Positions 56,804-64,000 of a stretch of DNA of 64,000 nucleotides are shown here, one piece after another (positions within the stretch are counted from its first letter, which is position 1; each line of letters begins with the position of its first letter). The position numbers and the translations under genes were made by a program. This DNA comes from an uncultured Rikenellaceae bacterium (GTDB taxonomy: Bacteria; Bacteroidota; Bacteroidia; Bacteroidales; VadinHA17): assembly GCA_964466705.1 (NCBI GenBank), contig CAYXSM010000013.1, forward strand, positions 9,353 through 73,352. Direction: 5' to 3'. The notes beneath the pieces were generated by a model, which worked only from the letters and a program-made list of their open reading frames with translations, made no database searches and was not told where the DNA came from.

Positions 56804-59404
56804 ATGAAAAAACTCACATTTCTTCTTATCTCACTATTTATTGTTCCATTCAAGACCTTCTCCCAGCCGGAAGTCCATTTTCTTCACGGCAGCTGGAAGG
56901 CAAGGAAAGCCATTGATGTACTGATTGACGGAACGCAGATCACGGGGCAGGACTTCAGACCCGAAGGCTGGATGGAGGCTGTTGTTCCGGGTACTGTTCT
57001 GACCACATTGCTCCATAACAACCAGTTTCCTGATCCGTTCTTCGGAATGAACAACAACCTTATTCCTGACATATACGATACAGGCAGAGATTACTACACA
57101 TACTGGTTTTACAGGGAATTTGATGTCCCTGAAACAAAAGAGGGTCAGGAGGTCTGGCTCAGCTTCAGGGGCATAAACTATTTTGCCGACATTTTCCTGA
57201 ATGGCAACAGGGTAAGCACTTCCACACATCAGGGAATGTTTCTCAGACAGAAATATCTCATCACACCATGGCTGAATAAAGATAAACCCAACAGGCTGGC
57301 GGTCTGGGTTGCACCTCCGGATCCTCCCGGCAATGCTGCAGCCGGACAGGGAGGTGACGGAACAATAGGCCGGAATGTAGCGATGCAGTTTACGGCCGGC
57401 TGGGATTGGATATGCCCTGTAAGGGACAGAAATACAGGGATATGGGATCAGGTCTCACTCGAAATTACGGGAACTGCCGATCTCAGAAACCCGTATATTG
57501 AGACAAAGGTCCCCGGGATAAGAGTACCGGGAGAAAAGCAGTCTCCGGCATACATTAAAACATCCGCTGAGCTGGTCAACACTTCTTCACAGACAGTAGT
57601 AGGCACATTGAGTGCCGGATTCGAAGGTTACGGCAGCTCGGTGAAAGTGGTTCTCACCCCATTCGAGGAAAAAGTCGTTCCCCTGCCTGAAATAAAAGTC
57701 AGCAATCCCCGTCTCTGGTGGCCAAATGGTATGGGTGACCAGCCCTTATATGAAATGAAAATCAATTTTGCCGGGGCAGACGGATCGGTTATCGATTCCG
57801 AGATCGTGACTTTCGGCATCAGAGAAACAGGTAACTATTTCGATGAAAAGATCACGGGGCAGGTGTTTACGGTAAACGGGCAGAAAGTATTCATAAAAGG
57901 CGGAAACTGGATCGCATCTGATGCTCTTCTAAGACTGACCCGGGAGCGTTATGAGGCTGAGGTAAAACTGCACGCCGGCATGAATATGAACATGATCAGG
58001 GTATGGGGAGGAGGACTGACCGAAAGACCTGAATTCTATGATGCATGCGATAAATACGGCATTCTGGTCTGGCAGGATATCTGGATCACCGGTGACTGTA
58101 ACGGTGAGTGGAACGATCCTTTAAAAAAGGAATCGCAGGCAAGAAGGAAAGCTTATCCGGACAATCACAGGCTTTTCCTTGAGTCTCTCGCCGACCAGAT
58201 CAAAATGCTCAGAAATCACCCTTCACTCTACCTTTGGTGTGGAGGTAACGAAACATATCCTCCCCCGGACATACTCAAAGCTCTTGAAGAAAATGTATTT
58301 CCGTCCTTCGACCCTTCAAGGTTTTTTCTCGATATGTCAACTTCTCCCAAACTTATGACCAACGTGATCGGAGGTGTAGGCGACGGTCCGTACGGAATAA
58401 GGGAGCCTGAAAAAATATTCACCGAGCGGTCCTTTCCCTTCAACCCCGAAACGGGCTCAATAGGAATACCAAACTATGACGGACTGATAAAGATAATTCC
58501 GGAAAATGAATTAACACCTCCCACAAGCCCCAGGGCATCAGGATCATGGTCCTATCATAAGTATCTTCCTCTGTTTGACTTCCCCGACCGTTACGGCAAA
58601 GTGAAAGATATCCGCGATTTCTGCTTTAAGGCCCAGATAGTAAGCTATGAGCAATACCGTGCGCTCCAGGAAGCTTTTAACCATAAGATGTGGGACTGGT
58701 ATACCGGTATGCTGGTTTGGAAAAACCAGAATCCATGGACAGCCCTTCGCGGATTTTTCTACGATTATTACCTCGATTACACCGGCGGCTACTTTGGTTT
58801 CAAACACGCTGCTGCACCGGTGCATATCCAGCTCAACCTCAACGATTCGGTTGTCTGTGTGCTCAACCAGACTGCCGTGAAAACAAAAGATCTCAAAGCC
58901 AGTGTTATTCTTTATGACATGCGTGGAAAAATTATTTCTGAAAAAGTATCTTCTGTAAAACTTGATCCTCATGAACTTATCCTTCTCGATAAAGTAGTAC
59001 TGCCTGGATATAATGATGAAGTTTACTTCCTGAAGCTCCTGTTGAAAGACAAGGAGGATATTATCGATGAAAACATTTACTGGCTCACGGTAAAACCAAA
59101 ATCATACGAGAGGCTTAACGATTTGTCAGAAGTAAAGCTCAAAACCGTTACCACAATGGCTGATGGGAAAAATGGATCTGTGAGGGTGTCAAATACGGGT
59201 AATGAAACAGCTTTTTTTATAAGGCTGAAAATTACCGATATGAAAAATGAGACAGTCCTGCCTTCATATTTCTCAGATAATTACTTCACCCTGATGCCAG
59301 GGGATGAGAAAGAAATAATTATTGAACTTACCCGTGATATTAACAGCGGATTAAAGCTTGTGACCGATGGCTGGAACAGCCTGCCACAAGAAGAAAGGCT
59401 CTGA
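56804..59404 (+). CDS. Glycoside hydrolase family 2 (beta-mannosidase / exo-beta-glucosaminidase-like)
   Basis: 866 aa with a signal peptide. It has GH2 sugar-binding, Ig and TIM domains. The motifs are LWWPNGMGDQPLY, NMIRVWGGG and LWCGGNE. Confidence 0.8.
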   Translation: MKKLTFLLISLFIVPFKTFSQPEVHFLHGSWKARKAIDVLIDGTQITGQDFRPEGWMEAVVPGTVLTTLLHNNQFPDPFFGMNNNLIPDIYDTGRDYYTYWFYREFDVPETKEGQEVWLSFRGINYFADIFLNGNRVSTSTHQGMFLRQKYLITPWLNKDKPNRLAVWVAPPDPPGNAAAGQGGDGTIGRNVAMQFTAGWDWICPVRDRNTGIWDQVSLEITGTADLRNPYIETKVPGIRVPGEKQSPAYIKTSAELVNTSSQTVVGTLSAGFEGYGSSVKVVLTPFEEKVVPLPEIKVSNPRLWWPNGMGDQPLYEMKINFAGADGSVIDSEIVTFGIRETGNYFDEKITGQVFTVNGQKVFIKGGNWIASDALLRLTRERYEAEVKLHAGMNMNMIRVWGGGLTERPEFYDACDKYGILVWQDIWITGDCNGEWNDPLKKESQARRKAYPDNHRLFLESLADQIKMLRNHPSLYLWCGGNETYPPPDILKALEENVFPSFDPSRFFLDMSTSPKLMTNVIGGVGDGPYGIREPEKIFTERSFPFNPETGSIGIPNYDGLIKIIPENELTPPTSPRASGSWSYHKYLPLFDFPDRYGKVKDIRDFCFKAQIVSYEQYRALQEAFNHKMWDWYTGMLVWKNQNPWTALRGFFYDYYLDYTGGYFGFKHAAAPVHIQLNLNDSVVCVLNQTAVKTKDLKASVILYDMRGKIISEKVSSVKLDPHELILLDKVVLPGYNDEVYFLKLLLKDKEDIIDENIYWLTVKPKSYERLNDLSEVKLKTVTTMADGKNGSVRVSNTGNETAFFIRLKITDMKNETVLPSYFSDNYFTLMPGDEKEIIIELTRDINSGLKLVTDGWNSLPQEERL

Positions 59405-59523
59405 GGAAACTGAGGGATCCTCACCACCGCGAATGAGTATCCTTCAATTATTTGAACCGAATTTTTATTTGGTGATCACTGATTTTTGCGCAGGCATATG
59501 GTGATTAGCCTTAGGAAATTAAT

Positions 59524-60054
59524 TTACCTGTAGTTTTCAAGCAATTCCAGCACACAACCCAGTTTTGAGGTTGCGTCAATGTAACTGTATGCTCCGCCGT
59601 CCCAGCCCCCGTTCATTACTGCGGGCATACCCTGAAGAGCGAATTTTTTCTCCATGTTGTTTATATCCTTAACCTGGAAGGCTATATGGTGAATACCCTC
59701 GCCATACCGGTCAAGATAATCCTGCCAGGTGCTTTTTCCTCCAAGAGGCTGGATAATCTCGATCTGCAGATTGTCCATTGAGATGAATGCCAGCAACGCC
59801 TTAGCGTCTGACAGATCTCCCTTGTAGCGGGTTGGCCTCGATGAGTGACCTTCCGCAATACCTGCTTCAGGTACAGGAACACCGAGAACTTCAGCCCAGG
59901 CATGCCGGGCTTTGTCGATATCCCTGACAATAACGGCAACCTGAGTTACTGTTTTGGACGTAAGTACCTGTTCATTTTTGCCTCTTCCGGTAAAATGCAT
60001 GGCCATTGAAATGCCTGTGGCCGCAAGTAAAATGATAATTAAAAGATTTCTCAT
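59524..60054 (-). CDS. VOC (glyoxalase/bleomycin-resistance/dioxygenase) family protein with N-terminal signal/anchor
   Basis: 176 aa. A VOC beta-alpha-beta-beta-beta module is present (VAVIVRDIDKA ... GIHHIAFQV). Confidence 0.7.
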   Translation of the reverse strand: MRNLLIIILLAATGISMAMHFTGRGKNEQVLTSKTVTQVAVIVRDIDKARHAWAEVLGVPVPEAGIAEGHSSRPTRYKGDLSDAKALLAFISMDNLQIEIIQPLGGKSTWQDYLDRYGEGIHHIAFQVKDINNMEKKFALQGMPAVMNGGWDGGAYSYIDATSKLGCVLELLENYR

Positions 60055-60121
60055 TTCCCGATTTATTAAAAGTTAATAAACATACGTATGCCAGAAAGAA
60101 GGATAAACAGTAATGATATGA

Positions 60122-61648
60122 TCATTTACCATTGCCCTGCAGAATGGTTGTCATTGCCCTGTCAAGTTGTTCACCCCGGTATTGTTCATAAACACAATCT
60201 GTGCGGCCACTGTTAATGATTCCCATACTGCCGGTCATGTTCCACATGACATAACCAATATCATAATCCCTGAAGACTTTTACAAGATCATTGAGATAAT
60301 CAATTGTGACATCGTGAGGAGTCTGGTTAAACACTCCGAATTCCTGGATCATTACCGGGATTTTTTCCCGTTTGGCCATTTCCAGAGTGCCTGTCAGACC
60401 TCCAAGGCCCAATGAGGGTTTTCCATCGGAGCCGGTTACGGTACCCTCTGAAGTTATGGTATATGAATCCTGAAGTGATCCCCATTTTGTATTACCCGGT
60501 ATTATCACAATTTCCTCATCTTCCGATTTCAGAGTTATCCTGTTAAATGTCATCCAGTCGCCTTCAGTATTCCTGAATATAAGGCGCTGACCGTCCGACG
60601 GCAATACTGTTTTGTAATCCTTTCCCGAGATGTTCTGATAACCCCACTGAGTATTAATTATCTTTGTGAAGTCCTCTCCCGGATCGGGACCGCATAAGAA
60701 CAATTTGCTATATACTTCCTGATCATCAAGACTTATACGCATTAATGACCTGTTTGACACCTGTTGTACATTTATGGAAATTTCAGTTCCCGATGCAAAA
60801 TCTCCTTCCAGTACCAGCGATGACTGGTAATCGGGCTGCCAAGGGCCAAAAAGGTAATGAGAAATATCTGTCAGTGGCCATACAGGCAGGGGCCAGGTAT
60901 CCGAGCCCTCAACCCAGCCTGCCTTGTAATGAGTAAGAGTGAAAGGATCATACGCATGTACTGACTGGATAATATTCTTGTCATTTTTCATCGTCAGGAC
61001 AAGTTCGCGACCACACTTCAGGCCATCAACGAAAATAATCCTGTCGGGATTAATATTCTGAATCATCGTGACTGCCTTCCTCATAAGGCCGGCATAAATG
61101 TTCTCATCAATATCCCCGGGTTCATTCAGCAGGTTAAAGCTCAGCTCTTCGTAAGGAATGTCACTGTATCTCTCAGCAAAAAACCTCCAGTGGTTGAGAT
61201 AGGCCTTCTGGGCAACCGGACTGGTCCATAGATCAAGATCCTGATTAGCGGGAAGGGTTGCCGGATTGATACAGTACCCGGGAGCTCTGTGCAAATCGAT
61301 GCACACGTGAACCCCGTATTCCTTTCCCCATCTGACAGCCTGGTCTATTTCCTCAACTTCGTCTTCAATAAAGATATCCCAGTTTCCTGCCCGGGTGTAA
61401 GTCCGGTAATCGAGCGGGAGCCTGGCAAAGTTAAATCCCAGGTCACGAATAATAATGAAGTCCTCCTCACTAAAGCCATCATTCGACCATCCGACATCAT
61501 ATTTGCCAAGCAGATTGAATCCTCTGTGGTTTTTGCTGAAGACATCAAGGTCGACAGGTTTGAATACAAGGGGTTTATTTTCATCCCGGGAACATCCGGA
61601 AAAGATGAAATTAACAACGATCAACAGGTATGCAATCCGGTTTACCAT
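60122..61648 (-). CDS. Glycoside hydrolase family 5 with C-terminal beta-sandwich insertion/extension
   Basis: 508 aa with a lipobox (IFSGCS). The GH5 acid/base motif is NLLNEP and the nucleophile motif is MIQEFG. Confidence 0.8.
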   Translation of the reverse strand: MVNRIAYLLIVVNFIFSGCSRDENKPLVFKPVDLDVFSKNHRGFNLLGKYDVGWSNDGFSEEDFIIIRDLGFNFARLPLDYRTYTRAGNWDIFIEDEVEEIDQAVRWGKEYGVHVCIDLHRAPGYCINPATLPANQDLDLWTSPVAQKAYLNHWRFFAERYSDIPYEELSFNLLNEPGDIDENIYAGLMRKAVTMIQNINPDRIIFVDGLKCGRELVLTMKNDKNIIQSVHAYDPFTLTHYKAGWVEGSDTWPLPVWPLTDISHYLFGPWQPDYQSSLVLEGDFASGTEISINVQQVSNRSLMRISLDDQEVYSKLFLCGPDPGEDFTKIINTQWGYQNISGKDYKTVLPSDGQRLIFRNTEGDWMTFNRITLKSEDEEIVIIPGNTKWGSLQDSYTITSEGTVTGSDGKPSLGLGGLTGTLEMAKREKIPVMIQEFGVFNQTPHDVTIDYLNDLVKVFRDYDIGYVMWNMTGSMGIINSGRTDCVYEQYRGEQLDRAMTTILQGNGK

Positions 61649-61871
61649 AAGCTGATATTTAATCGCGTGAAGTGATCATGGTGTAATATCAGGTATCAAT
61701 CTGCTGTTTTTTACAAAGATATACTAAAAAATCCCATAATTTGTGTTCAGACCTGAGCTTAAAAACGGTGCTGTCCTTACCTGCTGCAATCCATCCGGAT
61801 AAACTGATGTTCATTGACAGCCCTGAGAATGAACACTGATCAATGGAATTGAATTTCCAAATAAAATTGGA

Positions 61872-61879
61872 TATATTTG
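61872..61879 (+). promoter_or_regulatory. Candidate -7 promoter box (TAnnTTTG)
   Basis: TATATTTG lies 13 nt upstream of the ATG at 61893. This would give a very short leader unless translation starts at 61902. Confidence 0.3.
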
Positions 61880-61892
61880 AGTAATTGGCAAG

Positions 61893-62924
61893 ATGAAAAA
61901 CATGAAAAAATTCAATGTCGGGATCATTGGTTACAGCTGGGCAGCAGGAGCCCACATTACCGCAATAAATAATACAGGGATGGCCCAGGTCACTGCACTA
62001 TGCTCATCACGGAAGCTTGATCCGGCAGCAATCAGTGCCAGACATGGCTGTAAGATCGACTGTTATGACGATCTCAACGAAATGTTAAGAAATGCTGACA
62101 TCCAGGCCGTGTCTGTATGCAGCTACCCTGCCGAGCACGCAAAACAGGCTGTTGCGGCAGCCAGGGCCGGCAAGCATCTAATAATCGAGAAACCCATAGC
62201 TCTTACGTGGGACGATTGTCTTGCTGTTGAAGAAGCAGTCAGGGCAGCCGGTGTAAAAACATGTGTTTGCTTTGAGTGCAGGTTTTCAAGCCAGCTTATG
62301 GCTGTCAAATCAATTATTGACAAAGGATTCCTGGGCAAAATACATTACGGGGAAGTTGATTATTATCATGGCATAGGCCCATGGTACAGCCAGTTCAGAT
62401 GGAATACAAAAAAGGATGCTGCGGGAAGTTCACTGTTGTCGGCCGGATGTCATGCCATGGATGCTCTTCTTCTGTGTATGGACAGCGAGGCGGAATCGGT
62501 TCAGAGTATGACGGCATTTTCCTCAAATGATGATTTCAGGAAATATGAATACCCGGGTACTTCAGTTACCATAGTGAAGTTCAGGAACGGGGCGGTCGGC
62601 AAAGTAGCCTCCGTGATAGATTGCATCCAGCCTTATTATTTCCATTTCCACCTGGTGGGCAGTGAAGGATCGCTTCTCGATAACAAGTTTTTCTCCACTC
62701 AGATCAAAGGCCTGGATAAAAACAAATGGAGCGAATTATCAATGAAACTGCTCGATTCGGGCGATGTCTCGGATCACCCTTACCAGACACAGTTTGAGGC
62801 TTTCTTCAAAGCTGTCGGTGAAAATAAGGAAATGCCGTTGACAAGCCTTGCCGATGCTATGGTTACCCACAAGCTGATCTTTGCCGCTGACAGATCAGCA
62901 GAGAATAACATTAAAGTTGATTAG
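61893..62924 (+). CDS. Gfo/Idh/MocA family oxidoreductase (cytoplasmic)
   Basis: 343 aa. It has a Rossmann N-terminus (FNVGIIGYSWAAGAH) and an EKP motif (LIIEKPIALT). There is no signal peptide. Confidence 0.8.
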   Translation: MKNMKKFNVGIIGYSWAAGAHITAINNTGMAQVTALCSSRKLDPAAISARHGCKIDCYDDLNEMLRNADIQAVSVCSYPAEHAKQAVAAARAGKHLIIEKPIALTWDDCLAVEEAVRAAGVKTCVCFECRFSSQLMAVKSIIDKGFLGKIHYGEVDYYHGIGPWYSQFRWNTKKDAAGSSLLSAGCHAMDALLLCMDSEAESVQSMTAFSSNDDFRKYEYPGTSVTIVKFRNGAVGKVASVIDCIQPYYFHFHLVGSEGSLLDNKFFSTQIKGLDKNKWSELSMKLLDSGDVSDHPYQTQFEAFFKAVGENKEMPLTSLADAMVTHKLIFAADRSAENNIKVD

Positions 62925-63002
62925 GATCCTTCTCTGAATGATAGTACCTCCGCTTAATACAACATTTTAGTTCAATTAACCTCTGATAGTTGCATTCTGA
63001 AT

Positions 63003-63935
63003 ATGCCAAGGAAATCAAGTATGCTTGCCCCTGACTGGTGGGATTATACAACTCTCGACGAAGAGCTCCTTAAGGATGCTGCACGGCTCACACCGGAGTC
63101 CCTCTCCGGGCTTTCAAGAGAAGGTTTCAGGATATTTATCTATGATACCCTCGAAGATTTTTATCTTGCTGAAGCCCTTGAATATATTACTTCATGGAAG
63201 CAGGCCACTCCCGATGAGCCTGTCGGAATATGCGGCCCTATAGGTCCGACAGAGCACCTTCCTCTTGTTGCCCGGCTGGTAAACGAACTGAAGATAAATC
63301 TGAAAAATGCCCATTTCTGGGGAATGGATGAATGGTTAATAAACGGCAAAGAGGCTGGCATTACCCATCCCCTTTCTTTCGAGCGGGCCGACATGGAATT
63401 ATGCTTCAGCCGTATTGATAAGAAACTCATGATGCCGGAAACAAATCTTCATTTTCCGAAAGCCGACACATCTGAATACATTAAAACCTGGGAATCAGGC
63501 ATCCGGTGTGCTGTCATGCAGGGTGGCCAGGGTGAAACAAAACACTGGGCATTCAATGATCCGGTAAGAAGGGAAGGAAGGTTTGCAGATGAACCCCCTT
63601 CTCCGGATGAATACAGGAAACTTGCCACACGCATTGTAGATCTGCACCCTGTAACATGCATGCAGAATGCCAGAACAAGCGGAGGAGGCGTGGTAACAGA
63701 CATTCCTCTTAAAGCAATTACTGTTGGTCCTGTTGAGACCTGGAAAGCTGAAAAAGTATCAATATGGCATGCAGGAACCCATGACAATGCCTTCGGACAA
63801 AGACTTACAGCCCTTATGATCAGCAAAAAGATCACTGACAGCTCTGTGCCAATGTCTTTGCTGGCTGACCATCCTGACGTTCAGTTCAATTATTTCAGAG
63901 CCGGTCTCGGCTCATGTAATATTGAAATGCACTGA
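63003..63935 (+). CDS. Glucosamine-6-phosphate deaminase/isomerase-like (NagB/SugarP_isomerase superfamily) protein
   Basis: 310 aa. [12 protein letters not shown] and FWGMDEW correspond to the NagB-type GxTP and DE(Y/W) motifs. It is longer than canonical NagB. Confidence 0.6.
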   Translation: MPRKSSMLAPDWWDYTTLDEELLKDAARLTPESLSGLSREGFRIFIYDTLEDFYLAEALEYITSWKQATPDEPVGICGPIGPTEHLPLVARLVNELKINLKNAHFWGMDEWLINGKEAGITHPLSFERADMELCFSRIDKKLMMPETNLHFPKADTSEYIKTWESGIRCAVMQGGQGETKHWAFNDPVRREGRFADEPPSPDEYRKLATRIVDLHPVTCMQNARTSGGGVVTDIPLKAITVGPVETWKAEKVSIWHAGTHDNAFGQRLTALMISKKITDSSVPMSLLADHPDVQFNYFRAGLGSCNIEMH

Positions 63936-64000
63936 AAAGTTAATTTTTCAAAAAAACTATTCCCTTCGTCAAAATGTTTGCAATAATCATATGAATTTTG

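Noticed and set aside
1-64000. Scan for CRISPR arrays, IS elements with terminal inverted repeats, integrases, phage genes, toxin-antitoxin pairs or known defence-system components
   Set aside because: I saw no regularly spaced direct repeats, no DDE or serine/tyrosine recombinase, and no nuclease, ATPase or helicase defence signatures. The only mobile-type gene is the RAYT. A visual scan cannot exclude short or highly degenerate elements.

Overview
This 64-kb chromosomal segment looks Bacteroidota-like. The genes carry lipoprotein, Sec and Tat signal peptides and almost no Shine-Dalgarno sequences. TAnnTTTG -7 boxes recur 13-45 nt upstream of many starts, and the gene content is glycan-degrading. 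I call about 45 protein-coding genes. I found no rRNA, tRNA, CRISPR array, integrase, IS element or prophage.

Left half (1-45 kb) is a mixed set:
- a sialidase-like gene, oligopeptidase B and a large glycosidase
- an ECF sigma module whose anti-sigma-like partner is fused to an outer-membrane beta-barrel-like domain
- a REP-associated tyrosine transposase (RAYT) whose palindrome also sits inside its own ORF
- beta-helix and DUF5916-like proteins
- a Ddl-like ATP-grasp ligase, a serine DD-peptidase-like hydrolase and an M14-like peptidase
- an unassignable two-gene operon (SH3b-fused OM barrel plus a 778-aa multidomain secreted protein)
- an FtsX-type permease
- a membrane protein / wHTH regulator / CreD trio with twin palindromic operators
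- LemA-DUF2207, mgtE with a switch-like leader, GH16, and a 509-aa ankyrin-repeat protein

Right half (46.7-64 kb) is a dense glycan-processing island with no SusC/SusD pair in view. It holds GH29, GH2, GH5, CBM9-like, GHL-type TIM barrels, two Gfo/Idh/MocA enzymes, an FAD oxidoreductase, a Tat-exported beta-helix protein and a NagB-like protein.

All family calls come from motifs and architecture recognised by eye. No database search was run.
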